DNA of 64,000 bases from Streptosporangiaceae bacterium. Lineage in GTDB: Bacteria > Actinomycetota > Actinomycetes > Streptosporangiales > Streptosporangiaceae. The stretch spans positions 140 through 64,139 of the forward strand of contig JBOHCK010000001.1 in the NCBI GenBank assembly GCA_050698755.1, in the 5' to 3' direction. A program made the translations under genes and the position numbers. Shown here one piece after another: positions 23,877 through 32,159 of this stretch; the first letter of the stretch is position 1, and the number at the start of each line of letters is the position of its first letter. The notes beneath the pieces were generated by a model. The model made no database searches. It was not told the DNA's origin and saw only the letters and a list, made by a program, of their open reading frames with translations.

Positions 23877-25363
23877 TGCAGCGGTAGCGTGGCGCAGACC
23901 TCAGCCGAACGCCCGGCCACGCGCACCTCGATCCAGGCCGTGGAGCGAGCCAGCCCCGGCCTCAGCTTCATCCGCAGCCAGTACTCGCCGTCAGAGAACT
24001 GCACGCCGTCCACCCCGGCGACGTGCCACCGCCCGCCGCTGTCGCGCACCCACACCGACACCGGCAGGTTGTCCACGATGGGCGGGCCGGTCCCGTCGTC
24101 CTCCGGCAGGCCTCTCACCAGCACGTGCAGGATGGTCTGGCCGTCGGTGTTGTGCAGGCCGAGCAGGGCCAGCCTCATCCCGTCGAACTCGGGGAGGGCG
24201 ACGGCCAGGGGGGCGTGGCCCTCGCGGGCGGGCGCCATGTCCGGCTTCCTGCGCTGGTAGTGCGAGAGCAGGCTGAGCCACCGCTCGGGCAGCTCGGGCC
24301 CGGGCGGCGCAGTCAGGCCGTGCCCGGTGACGCTCAGGCTGGCGCACAGCGCGGCGAGCTGGCCGGGCACCTGGCTATGCGGCGGCAGGACCTCGGCGGC
24401 CTCCAGCGCCGCCACGACGTCGCCGAGTCCCGCGGTCATGGCGTGGAGCGGCGCCCGGGCGTACGAGGTCCGCCGCAGGTCGGGCCCGTGCTCGCTGACC
24501 GCCATGAGCAGCCGGTCCGCGAACACGCTGAGCATCTGCTCGCCGAGGGACAGATCGGTCGGCGTGACCTGCGGCCCGGCGCCGTCCGGCCGAACTGGGC
24601 CCGGCTCACCCAAGGTGATGCGCACGGGCTTCTGGCCGGGCGCGGCAAGCTCCAGCCAGCGCAGGCCGTCCGGCGGGTCGGGATCCAGCCTGATCTCGCC
24701 GGCCCAGTCGGTGAAGCTGAAGTTCACCTGGTACGAGTTGCCCCGGTCGTCCGACACCGTGAACAGCCGGGGGAGAATCGGGCTCCCGAAATGCCGCCCC
24801 ATCAGCGCCTGACCGAGCGGGCTCCGGGTCCGCCAGGTGACGGTGAACCGCGCCCCGGCCGACGTGTGCGCGTAGGAGAGCAGGTTCACCTCGCCGCTGA
24901 CGTCCTCGTGGCGGAACGGGACGCTCAGCCCGAGCGGGACGTAGCAGTCCGGCCCGCCCGCGCCGACCGCGACCGCGCCCAGGCCGGCCGCGCCCGGGTC
25001 GGGCGCCCCCCACCAGGCCCGCGCGTACAGCCTGCCCCGGGTCAGCGCGGGCCTGGTCAGCAGCAGCGGACCTGGGTCCGAATGCTGCCGAACGCCGACC
25101 GCGATCGCAAAGTCGGCCAGGACGTCCTGCGCGGCCGTCACGTCGATGGCGCGTACCGCGGCCAGTGCCTGCGCCACCCGCGCCAGTCGCGGGAAGCTGG
25201 TGGCGGGGCTGTCGCCCGACCACGGCGCGCCGGAGATGAACGTCGCCCCTTCGCGGGCAGCGCGCAGCTCAGTCTCGGCCATCAGCCGCAGGAACGTCTC
25301 CGCGCGCTCGCGGTTCATATTGTCCAGTGTCGCCCCGTCCAACCACCCAGGCGTCCACTCCAA
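23858..25363 (-). CDS. hypothetical protein (MoxR/VWA operon partner 1), apparent internal duplication
   Basis: 501-aa ORF (TTG at 25363, alternative ATG at 25318). It contains two similar helical-plus-beta-rich modules. No family recognised. It starts 36 nt downstream of the CBS gene. Confidence 0.55.
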   Translation of the reverse strand: MEWTPGWLDGATLDNMNRERAETFLRLMAETELRAAREGATFISGAPWSGDSPATSFPRLARVAQALAAVRAIDVTAAQDVLADFAIAVGVRQHSDPGPLLLTRPALTRGRLYARAWWGAPDPGAAGLGAVAVGAGGPDCYVPLGLSVPFRHEDVSGEVNLLSYAHTSAGARFTVTWRTRSPLGQALMGRHFGSPILPRLFTVSDDRGNSYQVNFSFTDWAGEIRLDPDPPDGLRWLELAAPGQKPVRITLGEPGPVRPDGAGPQVTPTDLSLGEQMLSVFADRLLMAVSEHGPDLRRTSYARAPLHAMTAGLGDVVAALEAAEVLPPHSQVPGQLAALCASLSVTGHGLTAPPGPELPERWLSLLSHYQRRKPDMAPAREGHAPLAVALPEFDGMRLALLGLHNTDGQTILHVLVRGLPEDDGTGPPIVDNLPVSVWVRDSGGRWHVAGVDGVQFSDGEYWLRMKLRPGLARSTAWIEVRVAGRSAEVCATLPLQWGYPA

Positions 25364-25399
25364 ACGCCCCGCCCGTCACGCCATGAAAGTTAGCGACCT

Positions 25400-25804
25400 T
25401 CAGGCGGAGGTGGTCACCGGCTGCGGTGCCTCGGCGGAGGTCCAGACGCGGACGATGTCGCGCATGGAGAGCAGTCCGGCCACGTCGTGGCCCTCGATCA
25501 CGACCAGGTGCCGGAACCCGCCGTTGATCATCGCCGCGGCGGCCTCCTCCAGGGTCCACTCGGGCGAGGCGTACACGAGGTCTTCTGTCCGGTGCTGGGC
25601 GACGAGCTCGGCGTCAGGGTCTTCGCCCAGGGCGATCGAGTCGAGGAGGTCACGTTCGGTGAGGATGCCGATGCCCGCGTGCTCGGTGTCGATGACGACC
25701 GCGGCGCCGATGCGCCGCTTGGACATCATCTGCGCTGCCTGCCGCAGCGTGTGCGCTGGCCCGATGGTGAGCACAAGGTGGGACATGCCGTCTCGTACCT
25801 TCAC
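25400..25804 (-). CDS. CBS-pair domain protein
   Basis: 134 aa. Two CBS motifs (RRIGAAVVID...GILTERDLL and FRHLVVIEGHDVAGLLSMRDIV). Confidence 0.85.
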   Translation of the reverse strand: MKVRDGMSHLVLTIGPAHTLRQAAQMMSKRRIGAAVVIDTEHAGIGILTERDLLDSIALGEDPDAELVAQHRTEDLVYASPEWTLEEAAAAMINGGFRHLVVIEGHDVAGLLSMRDIVRVWTSAEAPQPVTTSA

Positions 25805-25873
25805 GGTTACTGCACCCCCTGGGTTCAGCTGCTTGTGAATTTGTGACAGACCACCAGCATCCGTGATATCCCC

Positions 25874-26662
25874 CTAGAGAGCAAGACCCAGGTGAGCAAG
25901 CACCTCCCCGTGCAGGTGACCGTTGGTGGAGACCGCGCTGCCGCCGTCGGGCCTGGCCTCGCCCTCCAGCGAGGTGAACTGTCCCCCCGCCTCGGTGACG
26001 ATGATCTGCAGCGCCGCCAGGTCCCACAACGACACCTCGGGCTCGGCGGCGATGTCGCAGGCGCCCTCGGCGACGAGCATGTGCGACCAGAAATCGCCGA
26101 ACGCCCGCGTCCGCCAGACCGACTTGGCCAGCCCCATGAAGTTGTCGAGCAGCCCGCGCTTCGCCCACCCGCCCAGACCCGAGTACGACATCGAGGCGTC
26201 GTCCAGCTTGGTCACCCCGGACACCCGGCAGGGCGACGCCTTGGTCAGGCTGCGCCCGGTCCACGCGCCGCCGCCCAGCGCTCCCCACCAGCGCCGGCCG
26301 AGGGCGGGCGCCGACACCACGCCGACCACCACGTCCGGCCCGTCCATGAGCCCGATCAGCGTGGCCCAGACCGGCACGCCACGGACGTAGTTCTTGGTCC
26401 CGTCGATGGGGTCGAGCACCCAGCACCGCGGTCCGTAGCCGGCCCGGCCGAATTCCTCGCCGAGCACCGCGTCGCGCGGCCGCGCCCGGCGCAGCACGTT
26501 ACGCAGCGAATCCTCGGCCGCCCGGTCGGCATCGGAGACCGGCGTGAGGTCGGGCTTGGTCTCGACCCGCAGGTCGAGCGCCCGGAACCGCCTGGTCGTG
26601 ATGTCGTCGGCGGCGTCCGCGAGGACGTGCGCGAAGCGCAGGTCGTCGTCGTAACGTGCCAC
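25874..26662 (-). CDS. hisN: histidinol-phosphatase (inositol monophosphatase family)
   Basis: 262 aa, GTG start. [28 protein letters not shown] and the WDLAAL blocks are typical of IMPase-fold actinobacterial HisN. Confidence 0.8.
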   Translation of the reverse strand: MARYDDDLRFAHVLADAADDITTRRFRALDLRVETKPDLTPVSDADRAAEDSLRNVLRRARPRDAVLGEEFGRAGYGPRCWVLDPIDGTKNYVRGVPVWATLIGLMDGPDVVVGVVSAPALGRRWWGALGGGAWTGRSLTKASPCRVSGVTKLDDASMSYSGLGGWAKRGLLDNFMGLAKSVWRTRAFGDFWSHMLVAEGACDIAAEPEVSLWDLAALQIIVTEAGGQFTSLEGEARPDGGSAVSTNGHLHGEVLAHLGLAL

Positions 26663-26714
26663 CCGCGAACGGTACCGCCTCGCACATCACGCTGGCCAGC
26701 CAGGACCCCGCCGG

Positions 26715-27026
26715 GTGATAATGGCCCTGATGGACTTTTCCGCCGAGGGGCTCCTCGCCGACCCGCCCGAGTTGCTGCGGCCCTTCATCCGCGATGGCCG
26801 GATCACGGCCCTCCCGGCTAAGCGCACCCGCCGCCGCCTGCTGCTTGACCAGGTGGCGCAGGCGTTCGAGCCGGGCCGCAAGTACCCGGAGAAGGCCGTC
26901 GACGAGATCCTCAAGGCGGTCGTGGACGATCACTGCACGCTGCGCAGGTACCTTGTAGATGAGGCGTTCTTGTCCAGGACGGCCGCGGGCATCTACTGGC
27001 GCGTAGGGGGCACCGTCGATGCGTAA
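26715..27026 (+). CDS. DUF2087-domain protein
   Basis: 103 aa. RITALPAKRTRRRLLLDQVAQAFEPGRKYPEKAVDEIL...DHCTLRRYLVDEAFL matches my recollection of DUF2087. Exact Met uncertain. Confidence 0.55.
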   Translation: MIMALMDFSAEGLLADPPELLRPFIRDGRITALPAKRTRRRLLLDQVAQAFEPGRKYPEKAVDEILKAVVDDHCTLRRYLVDEAFLSRTAAGIYWRVGGTVDA

Positions 27027-27281
27027 CAAACCCTTTATCCCGAACGAGCGGTGGTGCTTCCCCGAGAAGCCACCGAGTTCCCGGTTGCCGGAGCAGGACA
27101 GGCCCTGATGCTACCCCGAGCGTCCGCCGGGCGATCCCGACGACGAGGGTTGCTTCCCGGAGAGCCCGTCGCGCCGCCGCCGTCGCGCCGTCAGCCTCGA
27201 AGACCTAGCCCGCCTGCTCTAAGCCCGCTGGTCGGCCTGGCCCGCCTGCTTCAGCCGCTCGCCGACCTGGCCCCGCCTGCG

Positions 27282-28271
27282 TTACTCGGGCGCGCCCTCC
27301 CGGCTGCGCAGCACCCGGCGCAGCGAGTCAAGCCGCGCCTCCGCGTGGTGCTCGCGCGCCCACTCGTCCAGCGCGCACCCGGAGAGGTGATCGCACCCCG
27401 GCGGGCACCCGGCGGTGCCCTCGGCCAGGTCCCCGAACGCCTCGATCACCTGCTCCTCGCTCACGTGCCCCAGCCCGAACCCGCGCAGCCCCGGCGTGTC
27501 GATGAGCCACCCGTCGCCCAGTGGCAGCGCCACCACCGACGACGACGTGTGCCGGCCCCGGCCGGTGACCGCGTTCACCCTCCCCACGGTCCGGGCCGCC
27601 TCCGGGACCAGGGTGTTCACCAGCGTGGACTTGCCGACGCCGGACTGCCCGATGAGCACGCTGATCCGGCCGGTCAGCACGTTCCGCACCCGGGCCAGGG
27701 TCCGCGGCGACAGCGGTCGCCTGGTGGTCAGCATGGGCAGCCCGAGCGGGGTGTAGAACGCGCGGACCTTCCGCGGTGACGCCAGGTCGGCCTTGGTCAG
27801 CAGGAGCAGCGGGTCGATCCCCGCGTCGTAGGCCGCGACCAGGCAGCGGTCCACGAAGCGGAGCCTGGGCGGCGGCTGGGCCAGCGCGCAGACGACGACG
27901 AGCTGGTCGGCGTTGGCGACGATGATCCGCTCCAGCGGGTCCGTGTCGTCCGCCGAACGCCGCAGCACGCTGGTCCGCGGCTCCACCCGGACGATCCTGG
28001 CCAGCGACCCCTGCTCGCCCGAGGTGTCCCCGGCCAGCGCGACCCGGTCGCCCACCACGACCGAGCCCTTGCCCAGTTCGCGCGCCTTCATGGCGATGAC
28101 CAGGCGGTCGTCCGCCATGCACCCGTACCGCCCGCGGTCCACGCTGGTCACGAAGCCCTCGACGGCACTGTCGTGCGCGGGGCGCCGCCTGGTCCGCGGG
28201 CGGGAGCCCCGTCCGGGCCGGACCCGGACGTCGTCCTCGTCAAGCCGCGCGTAGCCGGGCCGCGGGCTCAG
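27282..28271 (-). CDS. rsgA: ribosome small-subunit-dependent GTPase A
   Basis: LLLLTKADL (G4), GQSGVGKSTL (G1), DTPG (G3) and a C-terminal Cys cluster. The conserved N-terminal segment (YARLDEDDVRVRPGRGSRPRT...) lies upstream of the track start at 28151. The only candidate start is CTG at 28271, overlapping the aroA stop. Confidence 0.75.
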   Translation of the reverse strand: MSPRPGYARLDEDDVRVRPGRGSRPRTRRRPAHDSAVEGFVTSVDRGRYGCMADDRLVIAMKARELGKGSVVVGDRVALAGDTSGEQGSLARIVRVEPRTSVLRRSADDTDPLERIIVANADQLVVVCALAQPPPRLRFVDRCLVAAYDAGIDPLLLLTKADLASPRKVRAFYTPLGLPMLTTRRPLSPRTLARVRNVLTGRISVLIGQSGVGKSTLVNTLVPEAARTVGRVNAVTGRGRHTSSSVVALPLGDGWLIDTPGLRGFGLGHVSEEQVIEAFGDLAEGTAGCPPGCDHLSGCALDEWAREHHAEARLDSLRRVLRSREGAPE

Positions 28272-29614
28272 GGTTTCTGTCCCAACATTGCCGTCCAGAC
28301 CTGCGAGAAAGCGGGGAACGTCTTGCCCACGGTCTCCGCGCCGGCCACCCGGAGGCCTGGGACGGCCAGGCCGAGCACGGCCGCGGCCATCACCATCCGG
28401 TGGTCGTCGTAGCTGCCGAACGGCTCGCCGCCCGCGCGCAGCGGCCGCGGGTTGATGGCCAGCCCGTCGGGCAGTTCGGTGACGTCGCCGCCGAGGGCGT
28501 TGATCTCCTTGGCCAGCGCGGCCAGCCGGTCGGTCTCGTGCCCGCGGGTGTGCGCCAGCCCGGTGAAGACTGAAGGGCCGTCGGCCAGCGCCGCCACCGC
28601 GGTCAGCACCTGTGCGAGCTCGGGGACGTCCCGCAGGTCCGCGGTGATGCCGCGGACGGCGCCCGTCCCGGACAGGGTCAGCCCCTGCTCGCCGACCTCG
28701 CCCTGCGCGCCCATCCGGGCCAGCACATCCAGGATCAGCCCGGCCGCCTGCAGGCTGTCGGTCGGCCAGCCGGGCACGGTGATCGTCCCGCCGGTAATCA
28801 GCGCCGCGGCCAGGAACGGGCCCGCGTTGGACAGGTCGGGCTCCACGGTGATGGCCCCGAGCTCGAGCCGCCCGGGCCGGACCCGCCAGGCGTCGGGGCG
28901 CGGGCCCCCCGCCGCCGATTCGGCGCTCACGTCGGCCCCCGCGGCCGCGAGCATGCGGACGGTCATCGCGATGTGCGGGGCCGAGGGCACGGGCGGGCCC
29001 TCGTGCCTGATCTCGACGCCCTCGCCGAACCGCGGCGCCGCCAGCAGCAGGCCCGAGACGAGCTGCGACGACGCCGAGGCGTCCAGGGTGACGGTGCCGC
29101 CGCGGACCGCGCCGCGCCCCTGCACGGTGAACGGGACCGCCTCGCGGCCGTCGTCGTCGATGTCCGCACCTAGCCGGCGCAGCGCCGCGAGAATCGCGCC
29201 GACCGGGCGCAGCGGCGCCCGCGCGTCCCCGGCGAACCGGACCGTGGCCCGCGTCAGCGCCGCCACCGCGGGCAGGAAGCGCATGACCGTGCCTGCGTTG
29301 CCCACGTCCACGCTGACCATCGAGCCCTCCGGCGGCTGCCCGGGGGTAACACGCCAGGTCGTTCGGCTATCAGGGTTTTGCTCTTGTCCTTCCCCAGCGA
29401 TCTGCGCGCCCAGGGCGCACAGCCCGCTGACGGCGAGCGCGGTGTCCCTGGCCTGCAGGGGGTTGGCGATCAGGGCGGGGGAGTCGCTCAGGGCCGCTAG
29501 GACCAGCGCGCGGTTGGTGATCGACTTGGACGCGGGCAGCCGGATCCGCGCGCTGACCGGGCCGGAAGCGGTCGGCGCAGTCCAGGTCAGGTCCGCCTCG
29601 TCATCCCCATGCAT
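28268..29614 (-). CDS. aroA: 3-phosphoshikimate 1-carboxyvinyltransferase (EPSP synthase)
   Basis: In-frame ATG at 29614 gives 448 aa. LPASKSITNRALVLAAL, DVGNAGTVMRFL and HRMVMAAAVLGL are EPSPS signatures. The longer ORF extension covers an intergenic repeat. Confidence 0.9.
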   Translation of the reverse strand: MHGDDEADLTWTAPTASGPVSARIRLPASKSITNRALVLAALSDSPALIANPLQARDTALAVSGLCALGAQIAGEGQEQNPDSRTTWRVTPGQPPEGSMVSVDVGNAGTVMRFLPAVAALTRATVRFAGDARAPLRPVGAILAALRRLGADIDDDGREAVPFTVQGRGAVRGGTVTLDASASSQLVSGLLLAAPRFGEGVEIRHEGPPVPSAPHIAMTVRMLAAAGADVSAESAAGGPRPDAWRVRPGRLELGAITVEPDLSNAGPFLAAALITGGTITVPGWPTDSLQAAGLILDVLARMGAQGEVGEQGLTLSGTGAVRGITADLRDVPELAQVLTAVAALADGPSVFTGLAHTRGHETDRLAALAKEINALGGDVTELPDGLAINPRPLRAGGEPFGSYDDHRMVMAAAVLGLAVPGLRVAGAETVGKTFPAFSQVWTAMLGQKP

Positions 29615-29653
29615 ACGCCTGAGCGTATCGGTGCCCGCCCCGATCCGCGCCTC

Positions 29654-29768
29654 GCGCTGGCCCTCCCAGGGTTTGGCGGACCCAGCCCGCGCCCCCGGCG
29701 CTGGCCCTCCCGGTTTGGGCGGACCCAACCGCGCCCCCGGCGCTGGCCCTCCCAGGGTTTGGCGGACC
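29654..29768. repeat. direct repeat of about 43 bp, about 2.7 copies, in the aroA/SRAP divergent intergenic region
   Basis: gcgctggccctccc(a)gg(g)tttggcggaccca(g/a)cc(c)gcgcccccg recurs at about 29654, 29698 and 29740 (periods 44 and 42). It is followed by an 8-bp inverted repeat CCTGGATT-N16-AATCCAGG (29767-29798). Confidence 0.85.
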
Positions 29769-29843
29769 TGGATTATGGTTATGAAATGCCAATCCAGGCT
29801 TAACGGGACGTGTCCGGATTCTTTCACCCTGAGGAAGAGTTTC

Positions 29844-30617
29844 ATGTGCGGTCGGTTCGTGTCGGCGCGTAAGCGCCTCGAGCTCCTCGAGGAGTTCAGC
29901 ATCGAACGGGACCGCGTACCCGACGGACCCGAATCGGAGCCTGCGCCGGACTACAACGTGGCGCCGACCAAACGGATCTTCGCGGTCATCGAACGCCCCG
30001 CCCGCGAAGACGAGCCACAGGCCCGTGAGCTGCGCGTGGTCCGCTGGGGCCTGGTTCCCTTCTGGGCCAAGGACGCCTCGGGCGGCGGCCGGCTGATCAA
30101 CGCCCGCGCCGAGACCGTGGCGACCAAGCCGGCGTTCCGCCGTGCGTTCGCCAAGCGCCGCTGCCTCATTCCTGCCGAAGGCTATTTCGAGTGGCAGCCG
30201 GTCGAGCAGGACGGCAAGACGCGCAAGCAGCCTTACTACATCTTCAGGAAGGACGGTGGTGAGCTGGCCTTCGCCGGGATCTACGATCTCTGGCGAGACG
30301 AGGCACTCCCTGACGATCACGAGCGCGCGTGGCTGTGGACGGCCGCGATCATCACGACCCAGGCGTCCGACGACGTCGGCCAGATTCACGATCGCATGCC
30401 CATGACCATCGCGCCGCAGGCCTGGGCCGACTGGCTGGATCCGGCGACCAGCGACCTTGGCCAGCTACAAGCGACGATGGTGCCTGCCATGTCCGGCGGC
30501 CTGACGTCATTCCCCGTATCTATGGCTGTCAACTCAGTGCGGAACAACGGACCCGAGCTCATAAGGCCGCTGCCTGATTCCGCCGAGGGGGAGCGGCCGC
30601 CCAGCGAGTTGTTCTGA
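29844..30617 (+). CDS. SOS-response-associated peptidase (SRAP/YedK, abasic-site processing protein)
   Basis: ATG at 29844 after GAGGAAG. The N-terminal MCGRF (catalytic Cys2), VVRWGLVPFWAKD and IPAEGYFEW are SRAP hallmarks. Confidence 0.9.
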   Translation: MCGRFVSARKRLELLEEFSIERDRVPDGPESEPAPDYNVAPTKRIFAVIERPAREDEPQARELRVVRWGLVPFWAKDASGGGRLINARAETVATKPAFRRAFAKRRCLIPAEGYFEWQPVEQDGKTRKQPYYIFRKDGGELAFAGIYDLWRDEALPDDHERAWLWTAAIITTQASDDVGQIHDRMPMTIAPQAWADWLDPATSDLGQLQATMVPAMSGGLTSFPVSMAVNSVRNNGPELIRPLPDSAEGERPPSELF

Positions 30618-30688
30618 GTCCGCGGCGCGGCCGCGGCTCTACCGAGCCTGGGCTGCCCATCGCACGCGGACGGGAGGCGAGGACACCA

Positions 30689-31036
30689 GTGGAACTTACC
30701 GTCGCCCGTAAGCGCCTCGAGGAGATGCGCGACGACCTTGACCGGTCGATATCGATCCTGCAGGGTGAGCGCCCGGCGCCGACGGCCGGGTCGGGGTACC
30801 CGCAGGACCAGGCCGACGCGGGTTCCAGCCTGTCCGAAGCCGACCGCACCGAGGCGGTCCTGCACTCGGCCCGTGCCCAGCGCACCGAGGTGGAGGCCGC
30901 GCTCACCCGCATCGACGAGAACAGCTACGGCGAGTGCGTCGCCTGCGGGCATGAAATTCCCGAGGGCCGCCTCGACGCGCGCCCCGACGCGGCCCGCTGC
31001 GTCGGCTGCCAGGCCAAGTACGCCCGCCGCCGCTAG
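30689..31036 (+). CDS. DksA/TraR-family C4 zinc-finger protein
   Basis: 115 aa. C-terminal YGECVACGHEIPEGRLDARPDAARCVGCQ (CxxC-N17-CxxC). Confidence 0.8.
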   Translation: MELTVARKRLEEMRDDLDRSISILQGERPAPTAGSGYPQDQADAGSSLSEADRTEAVLHSARAQRTEVEAALTRIDENSYGECVACGHEIPEGRLDARPDAARCVGCQAKYARRR

Positions 31037-31070
31037 TCCGACGTAACGTCGCTAGTCCGGCTCAACGCCG

Positions 31071-32021
31071 CTAGTCCGGCTTACACGCCGAGATCACGAG
31101 CTGCGCGCCGAGTGACTCATCGCTGGCGGCGGCGAGTTCGGCGCGGACCAGCCGGGCCAGGCTCGCCGGGTCTTCGGCCAGCGCGTGCGTCACCATCGAC
31201 TCGGAGAACACGGTCCGCGGCCTGATCCAGTTCACCAGCAGGCCCGCCCCGCCGAACAACTCGCGCGCCTGCTCCGGTCCGTAGCACCGGGTGATCGCCC
31301 CGTCCGGCCAGGGCACCAGCACGACCTCGGCGTGCGGCAGGTCGACCAGGTGCGGCCAGTGACGCTGCCCCGCGAGCACCGCCATGCCGAGCACGAGCGA
31401 GTCCACGCACGCCAGTACCCGCCCTCCCGGGCGGAGTACCCGGGCGACGTCGGCGATCAGCGTTTCGGCGCCCAGGTGCGTGGACAGCGCCCGGTCCTCG
31501 GCGATGACGCCATCCGCGCAGTTGTCGGCCAGGAAGGACAGCCGCGAGAGGTCGGCGATCAGCGGGAAGATCCTGCCCCGCCCACCCGACCCCATTCCCC
31601 TAGGGCCCATTCCCCTAGGGCCCATTCCCCTAGGGCCCATTCCCTCAGGGCCCGTTTCCCCCGGGCCCGGCGCCGTGCCCGTCCCCCCAGTGCCGGTCGC
31701 CCCGGTGCCCGTCCCCCCGGTGCCGGTCGCCCCGGTGCCCGTCGCCGCAGTACCGGTCGCCTCAGTGCCGCCGGCCCCGATGCCGCCGACCCGGGTCCGG
31801 CTGGGCTCCAGGGCGGCCTCCAGCACGCGCAGGACGGTATGCCCACCCCGTGCGGCCAGTTCCGCGCTCGCCGCGCGCGGTCCCGAGACGTCCACCAGGA
31901 CCCGCCGTCCCGGCGGAAGCCAGGCCGCGAGCTGCGCCCGCGCCACCGCCTCGCAGAAATGCCTGTACGTAGGCGGACGTTCGGTATCCGGCCTAGTGAT
32001 CTCGTTGGCCGCAGGCTGCAC
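31071..32021 (-). CDS. class I SAM-dependent methyltransferase-like protein with an inserted repeat tract
   Basis: VLVDVSGPRA... and ARVLRPGGRVL blocks are separated by about 70 aa of GTG(A/G)T and MGPRG repeats. Start uncertain. GTG at 32021 is preferred because the ORF start at 32144 would overlap the sigH promoter. Confidence 0.55.
   Translation of the reverse strand: MQPAANEITRPDTERPPTYRHFCEAVARAQLAAWLPPGRRVLVDVSGPRAASAELAARGGHTVLRVLEAALEPSRTRVGGIGAGGTEATGTAATGTGATGTGGTGTGATGTGGTGTAPGPGETGPEGMGPRGMGPRGMGPRGMGSGGRGRIFPLIADLSRLSFLADNCADGVIAEDRALSTHLGAETLIADVARVLRPGGRVLACVDSLVLGMAVLAGQRHWPHLVDLPHAEVVLVPWPDGAITRCYGPEQARELFGGAGLLVNWIRPRTVFSESMVTHALAEDPASLARLVRAELAAASDESLGAQLVISACKPD
31591..31790 (-). 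repeat. two adjacent in-frame minisatellites (15-bp unit about x5, then 30-bp unit about x3.5)
   Basis: cccattcccctaggg occurs x3 perfectly plus 2 diverged copies (31591-31665, MGPRG repeats). gtgcccgtccccccRgtgccggtcgccccg occurs x2 near-perfectly plus diverged copies (31675-31790, GTGATGTGGT repeats). Confidence 0.9.
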
Positions 32022-32124
32022 GGGGCCCTGAGCTCCTGACTGCGCGCCTGCGCATACAGACGCGCACCTGTCAGCCTTCCCATTCAGGTGCCCTTCGTCA
32101 CCTGTTCGCGCGGACCCATCCCGT

Positions 32125-32150
32125 GGAATGACAGCCTGCATCAACGTGTT
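32125..32150 (+). promoter_or_regulatory. SigR/SigH-type autoregulatory promoter (GGAAT-N18-GTT)
   Basis: GGAAT at 32125-32129, an exact 18-nt spacer, and GTT at 32148-32150, about 10 nt upstream of an in-frame ATG (32160) of the sigma gene. Confidence 0.75.
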
Positions 32151-32159
32151 GAACGCGGC

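Noticed and set aside
21157-24276. 1039-aa ORF on the plus strand
   Set aside because: It is antisense to the VWA, AAA+ and partner genes, which carry clear Walker and MIDAS motifs. It has extreme R/P/G/A composition and no recognisable domain.
27027-27281. 255-bp convergent intergenic region with three copies of gcccgcctgc and a bulged hairpin near 27048-27075
   Set aside because: The short GC-rich motif recurrence is plausible by chance at this base composition. The hairpin is most simply the terminator of the DUF2087 gene.
28452-29843. 5' two-thirds of the 721-aa plus-strand ORF
   Set aside because: It is antisense to aroA and Ser/Pro/Ala-rich. The SRAP protein must start with Met-Cys (catalytic Cys2) at 29844.
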